A DNA stretch of 64,000 bases from Callorhinchus milii (GCF_018977255.1 NW_024704743.1:43898001-43962000); one strand, 5' to 3'; positions 46,876 through 61,800 are shown, numbered from the stretch's first letter. Made by a program: numbers and translations. Notes: a model not told the origin generated them from the sequence alone.

Positions 46876-47825
46876 AAATAAACATCAGTATTTATCTGTC
46901 AAATATGAAAAGTTAATTAAGTTAAAAAAGGCAACTACAGTTATTATAACCAAATTCTTTTGAGCTTAATTCTTTATTTGGTCAGCGAGTGTGTACATGT
47001 TAAGTGGCTGAGTACACACACTTTCATTTTAGTTTTGGAACTATTTCAAGTACAGCAGAAATAATATGCAGTAAGCTCCCAAATAAATTGTGTATCTAAC
47101 TTATATGCCATTCCCCGAACATGCGAATAAATACCTGCAAGTGTAGGAGCATTAAGTAATACAAACTATACAAATATAACTTCAGTATCCTCCACTTGAA
47201 GTCAGTTAGAGAGAAGGCAGAATCTACACACACACAAAACATCTGGGCGAGTGAATCTGGTTGGGATGAACTGTGAAGATGTAGAAATGGATGAATATTC
47301 TAGAGTTTTTGCTTGATCTATTGTTGCGGATCAAAGAGTGCCTTGTCTTATGTTCTTAAAGCTTTCAGGGCCAACACCTACTTATCATGGTCTTAGCCTT
47401 TGCCTTCACCAGGTTGTTAGACGACATTTCTTCTCATTCTTTTCCATCAGTTGATGGGCTATTAGTTAATCACCCAGATAATCTCATTCAATTTACTGAT
47501 GAGATTAAAGTATATTAAATGCAAAAGAGAAATCAAATTCCTATGACCTTTTTTATAAAAGCTTTGATTTTCCGAGCACTCAGGAGATTACAATGGCATG
47601 GTTCCAGTGGCTGCTTGAATATCATCTCAAAGTACCAAAACCTTTGAGTCTAATCCTCCCAAATTGATCGATCCCTGCCACAGGCAGCAACTAAACATTC
47701 TGTAGCATCGTCTTTTGTAGCATCGCTACCGCTGTCAGGTTTGAAAGACTCTACTTATGCGTCAGTTGGGAGTTTGTAAGTAGTATAAACAGCAATTATC
47801 AAACTCTGCGACAGAACTGGGTTTA

Positions 47826-49980
47826 AACAACAACAAAATTAAATTTGTATGGCGTCTTTCATGTCAGGAGGATGTCCCAAGGTGCTGGAGAGTCAAATTT
47901 ACGGACCAGAGCTGGGATTCGGGAGGGAGGAGGGCAGGGGGGAAGCAGGGAGATTGAAAGCACAATCAAAGAGGAGGGTCTTGAGATAGATCTTGAAGGA
48001 GGCAAGGGAGGAGGCAAGGCCGAGGGACCACTCTTTTGTAGTGTTGTGGCAGAATGCCCGCCCACCAGAAAGGCCATGGAGGGCTTTGAAGGTGAGGACC
48101 AGGATCTTCAACTGTATCCTTTGTGTGATGGGAAGCCAATGGAGTCAGGCAAGGATGGGGGTGATAGGGTCACGGAGCCTGGTGAGGGAGAGGACACGGG
48201 TAGCAGAGTTCTAGATGATCTGCAGCCTATGGAGGGAGGAGTTGGGGAGGCTGACAAGCAGGGCATTTGAATAGTTAAGCCTCGATGTTATGAATGCGTG
48301 TATGCGGTTTTCGGCGGCCTGTGTTGTGGGACAGTGGAGGAGCCGGGTGATGTTGCCGAGTTGGGGGAAGGCAGAGCAGATCGACACGGATGTTGGGTAG
48401 AAAGGATAGTTGAGGGTCAAACAAGACGCCAAGGTTTTGGACTGGCTCAGTAAGGTGGAGTGTGCATCCATGGATGGTAATGCTGTCAGCGCCTGAGGTG
48501 TGGAGGCACTGACAGGAGCCAATCAGGAGAGCCTCGGTCTTGTGGACGTTCACATAAAAATGTTAGCACTCATCCAGGACTTGATGACTGACAGACGTTG
48601 ACCCCATGTTGCAGATTATGTCACCAAGAGGGAGCACATAGATATTGAAGAGGAGGCGACCAAGGACAGAGCCCTGAGGAACACCGCACGAGACAGTGTG
48701 GGGGTTAGAGGAGAAACCGTTTGGGGAGATGAAGTGGAGGTGGTTTGAGAGATATGATCTGAACCATTCAAGGACAGAACTATGAGGGTTGAGGTGAGAG
48801 GAGAGGTGGTGGAGGAGGATAGAGGATCAATGCTGTCAAAGGCAGCAGAGATGTCAAGGAGGACGAGGAGGCAGAGGGAGCCCTGGTCGCAGATGGACAG
48901 GATATCATTTGTCACTTTGACAAAGGCTGCTGCTGTGCTGTGGGCAGCATGGAAACCTGACTGGAGGGGTTTGTGAAGGGAGTGGCAGGAGAGGAAAGAG
49001 CGAAGCTGAGAAGCAACAAATCGTTCCAGGACCTTGGAGAGGAAAGGGAGGTTGAAGATGGGGTGGTAGATTGAGAGAAGGAATGGGTCCAGGGAGAGTT
49101 TTTTTAAGGATAGGAGTGATGACAGCTGTTTTAAAGGGTTGGGAATGATGCCAGTGGACAGGGAGAGGTTTATGATGTCTTAAGTGGAGGGGTAAGGACG
49201 TGGAGCTGGGAGGTAAGGAGAGGGGTAGGGATGGGATTGAGGGAGCAGGTGGTCAGTTTTATGTGGGTTATAGTGATGATGAGAGAGGAGTGGGAGACAG
49301 GTTTGAAGGTGTGGAGGGAGGGATGGGTAGGGGCCGGTGGGAGATGGAGAGGGTGTAGTAGACGGAAGGGCATAGGCAACTGAGCGGATCCCATGACTTT
49401 GGATTCGAGAAAGTCCAGCATCGCCTCACAGTTAGCATTGGAGGTAAGAATGGGCGAGGCGTGAGAGCGTGGGCAGAGCAGCCGGTTGGTGATGGAGAAG
49501 AGGAGCCTGGGGCTTTCTTTGGCCTCCAAGATTGTCTAACGATAATTTAGCAGAGGTGAGGGCGGAGTGGTAGGATTTGATAAGTTACAGTCAGATCTGC
49601 TGATGGACTTTGATTTAAGTCAAGTACATTCAGTGGCATACATCTGTGCTTTAAGGGAGCAGAGGTAGCTGGTGTACCATGGTGACTTTCGTGAGTAGGA
49701 GACAGTTTGGAAAGTGCGGTGAGCAAGGGTATCGAGAGTGGTTATTGTGACCGAGGAGGATAGGTCATCGTGGGAGGAAGCCCAGAGGGGAAGGAGTTCA
49801 GATGACTCCAAGGCAGCCGAGACGGAGGGAGGAGAAATTTGTATCCAGGGGCGTAGGAGATGGAGGTGGGTTGGGTGGCGGTTGGGAGAGGGATTGAGGA
49901 GTTAAGGGAGATGAAGTGATGGTCTGAGATCGCTTTGTCAATGATGGTGAGGTCCGAGATGGTGAGGCCCCGAGTGATCA
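47826..49980 (-). mobile_element. L2 LINE, 2.15 kb, frameshifted with internal deletions
   Basis: AISDHHFI, PRLLFSITNRLL, NDIL..D.G..LLVLLDISAAFDSID, KTEALLIGS, HAFITSRLNYSN; (caa)n tail. Confidence 0.93.
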
Positions 49981-50119
49981 CTAGGAACAAAATGATCATA
50001 AGACCAAGTGTATCACAATAATTTTGTCTGCCTGTTAATTCAACGGACTAAGAATAAGCAATTTTACAAAATGATTGCATATGAAAACATGCATCAGGTT
50101 CATAATCAAAAGTGATTTT

Positions 50120-50745
50120 CCGTTGCATCACTTGGGGAGCCTGCATAGTTGGAGATGCCATCTTTTGGAAGAGAAGTTGACCAATGTTTGTCTGCCTTGG
50201 GTAGACAAAACCCATGGCACTACTTGAAAAGAGTACCATATTTCTCCTGGTGTCCTAGCCAAATGACACCTAACACATATCTATCTGGTGTCCTGGATAG
50301 ATATTTGTTAGGTAAGGGTATCAAGGGATATGGGCAAAGGCCGGGTTACTGGAACTGAGGTACAGATCATAATAATAATAAAATCTTTGATATAGCGGCT
50401 TATTGCATCTTCTAGACGTCTCAAAGCGCTTCACAGAATATACTGTAAAATGAATTGACTGTATATTTTGTGGGCGAAATGCGGGCAGCAATGTCACACA
50501 AACAGTCGTGGATTTAGTGACCAAATTATTTTTATTTTTTGAAGAGATTATAAAATCAGCCATGATATTATAGAATGATAGAACAGACTCAAAGGGCTGA
50601 ATGAGCTACTCCTGCCCTATTTTCCTATGTTCTTAAAAATTCACGAGGATAATTATTCATTCACTACAATTGTCATGACTACCTTGAGACGTCTCAAAGA
50701 CGTGATAAGGCACTATATCAAATGCAAGGTTTATTATTATTATTA
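50120..50745. mobile_element. DeuSINE fragment (50120-50265), CR1 3' end (50280-50635) with a nested SINE 3' half (50370-50550, minus), SINE tail (50680-50745)
   Basis: CR1 tail ggtacagatc/atcagccatga rejoins across the SINE. Confidence 0.75.
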
Positions 50746-51011
50746 CTTGCAAAGCACTTTGGAACTTTGGCGTGATAAAGCGCTGTGAAAATGTAATTCC
50801 CTCTCTTTCCATGTTCAATCGTCAGCAAAGAGGCAATATCCTACAAATCTACAAACAAATTCATGTACAAAAGCAAAAACACAGTATGGAGAAATGGGAT
50901 GCAACATTTCTGAGTTGCCAGCAAAACTGTACAATCTCATTTCAGCTTGGCTGACCTACATTGGCCTTGTCATAATGTTGACGGTTCCTCTCATTGACAG
51001 TTCCTCTCCCA

Positions 51012-51375
51012 GGAATCCTGTAGCTCAGTGGTTAGAGCACTTGCCTCGCAAGCGAGAGGGCCTGGATTTGATTCCCAGCAAGGTGAAACGTTGGGCAAGC
51101 TTCCTTACTCCATACGCCTCTCTTTACCTAGAAGTATGTAGGAATCCTGTTGTTAGTCGATTGGTTTTCCAGGGGTAATAATTCCTTCAAAATAAATAAA
51201 AATAATCTGGTCACACAATCCAAGACTGTTTGTGGGACAATGCTGTACGCAATTGGCTGCCATGTTTCGCACACAAAATATACAGTCAATTCACTTTACA
51301 GTATATTACATGAAGAGCTTTGAGGCATCTCGAAGACGTGATAAGGCACTATATCAAATGCAAGGATTATTATTA
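51012..51375 (+). mobile_element. tRNA-head SINE, long subfamily
   Basis: Matches 17061 and 19938. Confidence 0.92.
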
Positions 51376-53084
51376 ATATTGGAACCATTAACATTTTTGC
51401 TTCTACAAGAAACTGCTTTATACTTATTCTCCCATCAGTTTATAGTTGTTTACACTTCTGAGTAACTCTGATACTGTGTTAGCACAATCTAGGTAGAGCT
51501 TATTACGGAACAGTCATGGAGCACTGGAGCTCGGGTATGTGAAATGCTTTGTATGGTCAAACACAATATATATGCTTTGTGGACAATAAGCATGTACATT
51601 GCACTTGACCATACAAATATAGCATCTAAATTATTTTCTCCACATCATGGAGAAAAGAATGTAGTTGAAAATCCAACTTGAGAATAATTAAATAATAATT
51701 ACTCCCAGAATGTGGCCTGAAAAACCTTAATGCCAGACTCCAATGTATCTACATGGGGTTCCCTGCAGAATACATACTTTAAATCCTGAGGTACGTTTTT
51801 CTGGCAAAGGGCCTGACTTACACATTCATTTTCCAGTTCATGTGTTTGTTTTCACTGTCTAAGATGTTGTATAAACTGAGACCTACCAGTGCCTCAGGAA
51901 ATGGAGCAGAGCAACTGTACTCACTGCCTGAATACTAATTACCTAAACGGAGGCAAAAGCAATGGTATCCAAAGCACTACGAGCCATTACTCTAGATGCT
52001 ATATAAATGCAGGTTATTGTTGATATTATCCCCAATTAAGTATTTATTTACAGTACCTGATCTTTGATCCTTTTGTACAATTCTATTTTTCAAATTATCT
52101 TCAATTGCATGGCTCCTTGATGTGGTGATCTCAGGTGAGGAGGAAAGGATGTCTCTTCTTCGGTGGGTGCCTGTTGTAAATAACAGCAACTTGCATTTAT
52201 ATAGTGTCCTTCATGTAGGATAGGGTCCCAGAAAGACCTATCTGTGGGCAGGATTTTCGAGTGAAGTTGAATGTATTTCAAATCTGTACCACACAAGCTT
52301 CAGAGCCATATCTAAAAAGTAATTTATTGGTCCAATATTTTTCCAGTGTGCTTGTAACAGACTCTAAACTGGGTAACTGATACATATTTAACTCTTCAGT
52401 AATAAGGCATTGATTTTGTGTACATCATAACCAAATGACGAAGCGCTATCTTAAACAAATAAGTGATAAGTATCTTCTACAATTGCTTATTCCATGGTCA
52501 TTCTATTTTTGCAGCAAATTTTTGCAAGGAGTTATATTATTTAGGACTGCATCTAGTTTAATGGAAAGTATTTTAATAATGGATGAGAACATCAATGTAC
52601 ATTTTCAATTTGGTTATTTAGCAAATCAGCTTCTCATATGGGTATGAACTTACCTCACAATAGTTTTGACATTTTTATTTCCTTGAGAATACTGACCATA
52701 ATCCAAAATGTGATGCAAATTTCAGACATAGTTTTTTCCAAGTTACAGTGTGATGTACTTCTCTATTACAAAACATTCTACTAAATTTGTAGTAATAATT
52801 GTTGTAATTGCCTTTTGGAATGCAATATGACATGAACAAATTTTGATAAGAACTTGGAAATGCTGGTTATTTGTGATCAACTGGAATGTATTAAGATTAT
52901 TTGGAATTCAACACAGTGTGAAGAAAATGTGAAGAAAATCTATTCAGTGCAGCCTATAAGTTTACTATCCAAGCAGGGAAACCCCAATGACAATATGCAT
53001 TCCAAAGAGAGCCTTCTGTGTTCAAAATTGTTTGATGTCTTTATGATACACCATGACAATTCATTTTTTGGGGATCAGCTAGGA

Positions 53085-53600
53085 ATATAGGAACAGGAGT
53101 AGGCCAGTCAGCCCCTCAAACCTGTTCTGCCATCCTATTAGATTATGGCTGATCTGTACATCAGCTACAAATACCCACATTTGCCCCATGTCCCTTGATA
53201 TCCTTACAAAATAAAAACCTAAGCACCTCAGTCTTGAAAATTTGAATGGATCCAGCATCCACAGCCTTTTGGGTTATACTGAAAAGTGGAATGACTGTGT
53301 ATTTGTAGGCAAACATGGAGGCCAGTTGTTTACAGCAAAAAGCCAGAGTGAGTAAGTAATTTTATTGAGGGGATTGTTGCCCAGGACACCAGGAGAAACT
53401 CCCTTCTCTTTTTCGAAAAGTGCATGGGATCTTTAACGTCCAAATTACATATGTATAGCGCCTTTCACGTCAGGAGGACGTCCACCCAAACACAGTTTTA
53501 ACGTCTCATCTGAAGAACAGCACCTGCAATAATGAAACATACTGCTAGCACTGCACTTGAGTGTCAGCTTAGATTTTGTGAGTTCAAGTCCTGACATGGG
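53085..53600 (-). mobile_element. CR1 3' end (53085-53270) and old DeuSINE (53275-53600) with an L2 tail piece
   Basis: ataggaacaggagtaggcc..cagcccctc; gcatgggatctttaacgtcca. Confidence 0.75.
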
Positions 53601-54639
53601 ATAATAAACAGATTAATAGAAGCTAATTCATATTTATTTATAAACCACTTAAACCAAACAGTGCACCATTTCCCAAAATTAGAAGTCACTCAACAAATAC
53701 CCTACATTACCAGACAGTAGAGAAAATCTTTAAAAAGCCTACTCAGCACAGATCTGAGTACCTCAGTATAGCAAAATTATATTGGTAACTACTGAAACAC
53801 ATCAGGACCAAGGGCAGCTCAACAGTGTTACAATGCAACCTTCTCATGACAGAAAGGAACAGTATAACAACACAGTCTTCAAGTCATGATGAAGTGATGA
53901 TGTGCTTATTGAAATGACAGAATGAATATCAAATAATAATTATCGACCAGATATGCATGATGACACAGACAGTATCTATCAAGTCAGTTATGTATCTCCA
54001 CACATGTGCAATATAGAGCTACACAGTGATTGCAAACAATGTGTTGGGCTATTCATAGAACACTTAGTATAATTCAAATAATTTTCTCACCAAAAACCCC
54101 TGGGGTTTCAGTTACAGAAGGCAAGGGCTGATTAGGGTATGAATTGTAATTGAAAATGTAATCAGTCAGCACACAGAATTTGAAGATTGGTAAACAACAT
54201 TCATGGGACTGCCAGGATGGTGGAAGGTGAACTGGTTGGACCTTGCAAATTCTTATGTTCTTATGAAGCAAAGAGTGAAACTAATTTTTTGGTGTTCCCA
54301 TTTCTCTAAATCTATTAGACATGCAATTTTTTTTGTTAAAATGGGTCACATTTAACAAAAAAAATTCATATTCACCAATGTCAATTCAGCTTTTAAAAGG
54401 CAGCCAATGTAAAATATGCTTCAGGTTCCGTAGATTTTTTTATGAAGAATAAAATTTCACAAAGATTCCTAAGAAAAGTTGGAGGAAATCCTATTTCAAA
54501 GATTTTTTTTAACAAAACCCCATTGAGTTAGTGGCAGTCCTGGGCATTGCTCAAAGTCTTATGCAAGAAATGTAATGTTGTCAGCATTAACAAAAGTAAC
54601 AGCCAATTTATTACAGGGGCCACCTGGATGTTGGGCTGA

Positions 54640-55520
54640 CTGGTCCACTATTACTCAGCTTTTAAGTTTCCAGCAGACTTTATTCTCCCTTTTTCAACAG
54701 AATTGTTACATCTGCAATTCTACAATCGAGATGATCAAAAGATTGTAATATGAGCATCTATTAGTTTGTTCCTGGTCTCCCTCAGCATTCTCAGATGCAC
54801 ACTATCAGGCCTTGGTGAATTATCCACTTTGAGTTTCATCAATGTTTTTAGTATTGCTTCCTATTCTGTAGTTATCCCTTTCAATTGCCGCACATCCTCT
54901 TCTTGCATGCGCAATTTCTCACTATCAATTTTTTCTGTATTATCTGAGGTGAAATACTTAGTATCTCTGCCATAGCTTCACTTTTCATGACTGATGGCCC
55001 TACTTTTTCTTTAACTTCTTTTTTTTAATATGTTGCAAAACCCTTTAGTATTTTTCTATTTGTTACCAGCCAGTCTTTCGGCATATCCTCTATTTGCCTT
55101 TCTAATCTCTTTTGCTTCCATACTTTGCCTTGATTTTCCTCTGTATTATTATCTTCAGATATATTGTACGCCTTGTTTTTAAGTCTTTCACTTTCTTTTC
55201 TCTGCTCACCCAAGAAACACTTGGAAACATTTGTTTTAGCGACACCCTCTTCAGTACTTGCAAGATTATACATAATGTGTAATGTATTCATCTCATATTT
55301 AAGCGTTCTGGGATGCTACCCTGCGTGAGGGGTGCTAAATAAGTGCAAGTTGTTGTTGTTGAAAGTTTCTCTCTATTCATCTTCTGTCTCATCTCCCAAT
55401 TTATCCTAACTCCTTTCTCAGCTCCTTGCAACTTGATTTTTTTTCCAGTCGGTTACCTTTCTGTCTAGCTATTCCCCCTCCTTTTAACTTTTAAATCAAA
55501 TCTAATAATATCACTGTTTG
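54640..55520 (-). mobile_element. Old CR1-type ORF2 fragment with an L2 tail at about 55300-55360
   Basis: Minus strand ctcaaagtggataattcaccaaggcctgatagtgtgcatctgagaatgctgagg resembles the KSPGPDGIHPRVL motif. Confidence 0.6.
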
Positions 55521-55524
55521 CTAA

Positions 55525-55930
55525 ATAATAATCTTTACATTATAGTGCCTTTCACATCAGAATGGGGTCTTAAAGTATCAACGATATATTAAAAAGTGGT
55601 GTGACTGTGTATTTGTAGGCAAATCCAGTAGCCGATTTGTATGCACATTGTCCCACAAACAGCAATGAAGTAAACAACCAATTTTATTTGGGGGATCTTT
55701 GGCAAGGATACTGGGAGAAACCCTCTCAAATGCCATGCAATCTTTAACATCCACCTGAATAGACAAATGGGACATTGGCGTAATGTCTCACACAAAGGAC
55801 AGCACCTCCAACACTGCAGCACACTCCCAGCACTGCATTGAAGTTTCAGCATAGGCTATATAAATTCCAATGTGGGGTTTCAACCCACAACCTTCTCACT
55901 AAGAGAGCTACCTACTTGGCCAGGCTAACA
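55525..55930 (-). mobile_element. Old DeuSINE-type SINE
   Basis: tctttaacatccacctgaatagaca; ggacagcacctcc; cccacaaccttct head. Confidence 0.82.
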
Positions 55931-56741
55931 TTTTAATTCTCCCCAACCCCCAAATTACTCACCCACTCCATATGAAGAGCGCAAAGTGGATTTATTCAGA
56001 AGTGAAATCTTAGCATGGATGGGATGGTGGATTTTTGATTACAAGAACATATTTGTATTGAGTACAATATTATTCAGCTATGATATATAACAAGAACATA
56101 CATGTAGACCATTTGCAGCAGTAGCACATCACAAGACACAGAATTGTACTACGGCTGGGACACAATATCAGTGAAATGCAGTACAGGCTGTTCTTTGTCC
56201 TTCTTTGTGACTCATCATGATTTGTAGTTGTTGCATTATTAGCAATAGATGTTTCATTATGTGGAGTGTCTTAGTGCTGAAAAACTAAGGGATGTGGCCC
56301 AGAACCAGACCTTATATAAAAGAGAAAAGCACCTGGTTCTATGTGCATGAATTGTTTTTCTAACTGATATCCCTCTGTGATAATCCAAGGTGGGGTGATG
56401 ATAATATCCTTCTTTTAGTGATGCTTCTTTTGAAGGTTTTTTCAAAGAATAAAAAGGCTGTGCCTATTAAAAGATCATCTAAACAATGTAAGATGCATAG
56501 TATATAACAAAGCAGACAATTTATTTGGATTACATCTTCTTGCCAATATCCAACACAGTAACTACTTATATTTACTAATTTTGCCCCTTATTATTCGCTA
56601 TTTAGTCAGGCAGTAGTGAATGGTCTCCAGGTAGGTTGTGGGTATCAGTTATATTTAGAAAATTAATTGGGAATTACATTTTTTGTTTTAAATGAACAAC
56701 TGAGGGAATCTTTGCAAAACAATTAATTAGCTCCTCTACAT

Positions 56742-57054
56742 TAATAATAATAATACTTGCATTTGATATAGCGCTTTTCACGTCGGGAGGACGTCCCAAA
56801 GCGCTTCACAGAACACACTGTTAAGTGAATTGACTGTATATTTGTGGGCGAAAGCGGCAGCCAATTGCGCACAGCAATGTCCCACAAACAGTCGTGGATT
56901 GAAAATGACCAATTTATTATTGTTTTTGGTTTTGGAGGGATTATTATTAGGCGTGTGGAGTAAGGAAACTTGCCCAAGGTTTCGCCCCGCCTGGAATTGA
57001 ACTCAGGTCTCTCGCTTACAAAGCGAGTGCTCTAACCACTGAGCTACAGGACTC
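56742..57054 (-). mobile_element. Young SINE, full length, short subfamily
   Basis: Near-identical to 46394. Confidence 0.95.
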
Positions 57055-58539
57055 GGATTATTGCACATCCATTACTGTTACTTTCATAGTAGAAAATATA
57101 TATTTTTACATATGTGATAATGACTAGTTAGCTCTACAATATACTCACTAAGCAATGCATATCTTACAAAAGATTATCTGAATAAGGAGGTATAAACTAC
57201 AGACATGTATGCAAATAAGGATTAAAAAGATGCAATACAATCGCAGGGTTCAGATGACTTGTCTAACTCCCTCAGCTGTGGTTCCCATTTAGCAGCTTCT
57301 CCATTAACAATTCATGATTCTGGATTCACATTTAGCCACTGCCTTCTCTCAAGATATGATGTGACGTTTCATACAGCATTGTCTGCCAAATTATTTAAAC
57401 CACAGAGGGTTGCGATAATATATGGTATCCACTGCCTCAGAATAAAAAGACAATTGAAATATTTGAGATAAAATATTGAGGGGTATTAAGAAACATGGGG
57501 GAAAAAGACAGCTAAATGGGATTAGAAAGAATGGCCACAAATTAATAAAATGGTCAAATGGCCTTTTGGTGTTCATATAATACACTGTACTTGGTCACAG
57601 ACAGCTGATTGATACAGCAAAATCCATCTCTGTGCACTGGTCAGGTTTTTTTTTAGTTTTCAGCTGATAACTTTTGATGCTGAAAAAAAGTTTTAACGGT
57701 GTTCAAATGGCAGGAATAAGTTCATTGGTGTAAAATGTGATATTTATTCAACGTGGTCCCTGTTATCAGTGAGCCCCAGAGATGAAAGACCACAATTATA
57801 ACAACATATGCTAGGTTTGGTTTCACAAAAAGCTGCTACACTTGACAGTAATGACAGTCATGGCCCAAAAAAAAGGCTTCAAGAAGTTGTGACATAAGGC
57901 ACGATAAAATACAAGATCTTTCTTTCTCAACATCTGTTTTGAATTGTTGTTGCCAGGGGTTTAGTCCAAGTAAGATATCTCTGTTCACGTGCAAATACAG
58001 AAAATAAATTCAGTTTTAATATTCATGTAGAGCTACAAATCTAGGTTTTCCAATAACATTAAAACCTGAAAACATTGCAAGGAACGTGTTTCTAAAAGCA
58101 CAGCAGGAATAAAAAGCACAGTTGTTAGGTAGAGCAACACTATTTTAACACAGATTAAGTAGTTTACATGCATTATGTCTGTGTTTTAACACTGCATAAA
58201 TCTTAGGCGGGTTTCACTTCAACAGCTTGTGTGTAAAACAAATTAATTTTTTTAACATCCCAGTGGTCCAAGGCAACACATCCTTATCCCTCTTGGACTT
58301 CAAGGTTTAATAAAGAGGCCTTGGGCTGAAACATGCAATGGATTCCTGTCACTGGGAATATTTGCGACATTAGACATAGCTGTTCAGAACAAGAGCAAGG
58401 CATCGGCCAACATATCAATATCATGGTGACCCATTAGCAATGGGGCAGGAGTGAGTTGAGGCTTCAAAAGTGTTACAATTTTATGAACAAAGTAGTAAAA
58501 TCGAAACGCCAAAGCCTCTGTAAACCTAAAAGACTGCAA

Positions 58540-59070
58540 CGTGGAGCAAAGAGAAGGGGAAGGTTATCATAGGCGTATTCAAAGAGGTAAGTCTTCAGGT
58601 GGGATTTGAAGATAAAAAAGGGATGAGACAGAGGAATGTAGTGGCTGAAGATATGGCCACCGACGCTAGCATGGAGGAGTCGGAGGACACACAGCAGACC
58701 TCTGTTAGCTGACTGAAGGGGGTGGACAGAGGAATGAGGTACGAGCATGTCAGAGAGGTCATAAGGTGCTAGGGCGTGAAGAGACTGTACATGAGTGTAG
58801 GGATCTTGAAGCTGATCCTTTCAGAATCAGGAAACCAGTGGAGTTTGATGAGGATTGCAGTGATTGGGGGGTGGAATTTGGTACATGCTAAGATATGGGT
58901 GGCGGAGTTTTGTATTAATAGGACCTTGTAGATAGTGGAACTGGAGAGACAAGGAGTGCAGTGTGTTTGAGAAATCGTCGGGAGGTGACAAAAGCATGGT
59001 GGCATTAGGTGTGAGGGTAGCTTCGGGGATGGGCAATGTAGGGAAGGTGGAGGAAAATAGTTGTGGTCAG
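58540..59070 (-). mobile_element. Old L2 3' fragment
   Basis: IQNSATHIL..PITAILIKLHWFP..ERISFKI; FKSHLKTYLF. Confidence 0.8.
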
Positions 59071-59754
59071 AAACGCTAAGTAAACATTATTTAATATGAG
59101 AGACAACAGAAGTAACTTCAGCCAACAACAGAGGGAAAGAACTAATATGAGGAGTCACCTACAGCAAAAAAGCTCTGCCTGACCAAGCATAAGCACAGAC
59201 TTCTTCAAGGGACACTCCTTGCATGATTTTCTCCATTATAATAAAGCTGTCATCCCATTTGTCTGGGGAAGTGAAGAAATGAAGAATGTACGATTCTATC
59301 AGAAATAATTAGACTTTTGTGATACAAGCTATTGAGATTCAAGCATTCTGGGTTGTCATCTCGACATGAAATGAGTTATATAAGTGTAAATTGTATTGAT
59401 ACTGTATTGAATTACACTGTTTAAAGAATCTTTGACACATTACAACTGAAGGAATGAAGGGAGTCCACAAAATGAACATCGTGACTCATAATTGTACCTC
59501 TTCGGATTTTCCCTTTCAATACCTTTTAAAATACAATTCCATTAACTCACACTCTAAAGGTATAATCAGCATTGTTATCTAGTAGTGGGAAGTGTTGGTA
59601 TTCACAAACTGTATTCTGTTCCAGAATATGAAAATACTCTATATTGTCTGCGCAGCCAAGTTGCATTATGAAGGCCCTTACTGGAGAAAAAAAATAACAC
59701 TTCCTATGGGGCAACCTTCTTGTAATGTCAAAGACATTACTACATAAAGGATTT

Positions 59755-60075
59755 AAGATGGGATGTCATGCCTTCCTTTGGATGAAACGTCAAATCGAGG
59801 CACCATCTGCCTGTTCAGGTGGACATTAATGATCTCATGGCACCATTCACAAAGAGAAGAGAATTCTTCCCAGTGACCTGCCCAACAATTCCCCCAATAT
59901 AAAATTGGTCATTCACTTCAGGGCTGAATATGAGACATTACTGTGTGTAAGTGGCTCCAACATCCGCCCACAAAACACATAGTCACTCGATTTTAAAATA
60001 TATCCTGTTAAGCACTTTGGGATTTCCTCCTAACATGAAAGACACTAGCTATACCAAATGTAAGGATTATTATTT
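59755..60075 (+). mobile_element. Old DeuSINE-type SINE
   Basis: ctgcctgttcaggtggacattaatgatctcatggcac; aaggattattatt tail. Confidence 0.8.
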
Positions 60076-60419
60076 AATGTCACAGGGTCTTCAATACAGT
60101 AACATATTGTGATGAATTGCTGCAGTGACTGTATTTTTCACGGGCCAGGTCACTTGTGCCATGATGCAGTACAAAGGGTTCAATGATTTAGTGGAGCCAA
60201 CTTCTATAGGTCTGATATTACACTCTAAGTACTATATTAGTCAGAATGATCAGTTAAAATGTCACATGGAATAGTGATTTTAGGTACATTCGAGTTTTAA
60301 TTGAAAGATTTTCTGTTTCCCACTATTTTGAGCCTCTATAAAAACAATTGTTTACAATTAATTAATTCAATTACGCAACCCGTGATGAACAAAGATTTTT
60401 TCTTTGGAGTCTGAGGTTT

Positions 60420-60668
60420 TAAACTCCATCCCCCAGTGTCTTCGCCGCTTCCTCCCTTTCCTCCTTCAAGGCCGGTTTCAAGACTTTTCTCTTCAACCGT
60501 GCCTTCAGCTCCCCTCTCAACTCTCTACCCCCTCCTCGCTCCCTCCCTTCCCTCCCCTCACCCTGACCATTTCCGCCCTGCTCGGGTCCCGACCCAACTG
60601 TCCAGCGCCTTGGGACGTCCTCCCGACGTGAAAGGCGCTCTATAAATGCAATCTTGTTGTTGTTGTTA
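60420..60668 (+). mobile_element. Young L2 3' end
   Basis: Matches reverse complement of 14803-15100; stem-loop and (ttg)n tail. Confidence 0.9.
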
Positions 60669-60802
60669 TAGCAGCAATGATCACTATGATTTTCACAAAC
60701 AAACTTATTTTAAATTTCCAATTATTTTTTCACAGCTAAAATCTACAAGATAAAACTAGTCACTAAACAATCGCCATCTTTATGCAAACATACTTCTTTA
60801 TT

Positions 60803-61419
60803 TAATAATAATATTAATCCTTGCATTTGATACGCAACAACAAAATAACATTTGTAAAGCGCCTTTCACATAGGGACGACATCGCAAGGCGCTGAACAGG
60901 GATTAGGACCTGAGCATGGGGGGCAGGGTTGGGATGAGGGAGGGCAGAGAGGTAGAAAGGCGGCTGAAGGTCGAAAAGGAGGATCTTGAGTCTTGAAGGA
61001 GGCAAGGGAGGGAGCAAGGCGAAGGGTTTGTGGGATGGAGTTCCAAAGGGTGGGGGCAGAGAGTCTGAAAGCCTTATCATGTCTTTGAGATGTCTCAAAG
61101 CGTTTCACAGAAATATACTGTAAAGTGAATTGATTGTATATTTTATGGGCAAAACGCAGCAGCCAATTGCACACAGCAGTGTCCTACAAACAGTCGTGGA
61201 TTGAGTGACCAAATTATTAAATTTTTTTTGAAGGGATTATTACTCCCAGAAAAGTGATCTGCCAATTGACTAACTTTTCCAACTAAGGGTTCCTACTTAC
61301 TTCTATGTAAACAGAGAATTGTGGAGTAAGGAAACTTGCCTAACATTGTGCCCTGCCTGGGAATCGAAGGTCCTCTTGTTTGCGAGGCAAATACTCTAAC
61401 CACTAAGCTACAGGACTCC
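60803..61419 (-). mobile_element. Long-subfamily SINE with an L2 3' end (60836-61068) inserted in its tail
   Basis: SINE tail ttgcatttgata then (caa)n L2; SINE resumes gccttatcatgtc; head ends ggactcc at 61419. Confidence 0.88.
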
Positions 61420-61434
61420 ATATATTTATTTTAA

Positions 61435-61800
61435 CAATAACAACAAATTCCATTTATATATTGCCCTTTGTGTCAGAGGATGTCCCAAGGTGCTGGACAG
61501 TCAAGGGTTTGCACTCGACCTGAGCATTGGAATCAAGAGGCGTGGAGGGTAAGTGGGTTGGGGTTGGGAGGATGACCAAAGGCAAGTCAAAGAGGCAAGT
61601 CTTAAGATGGGCCTTGAAGGAGGCAAGGGAAAGGAGGAAATGGAGTTCCAGAGGATGAGGGCAGAAAGGCTAAAAGCCCGACTTCTGTTGGCAGAACAAG
61701 CAGGGCAGGTAACACAGAGCAGGCTAGTGCCCACCAAGCAGAGGGAGCAGCAGACTGATAAGGTTTTAGTAGGCTGTAGACAAAGGGAGGAGAAAGAGTG
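61435..61800 (-). mobile_element. L2 3' fragment
   Basis: catttatata..ggatgtcccaagg; ccttgaaggaggcaaggg; ggagttccagagg. Confidence 0.8.
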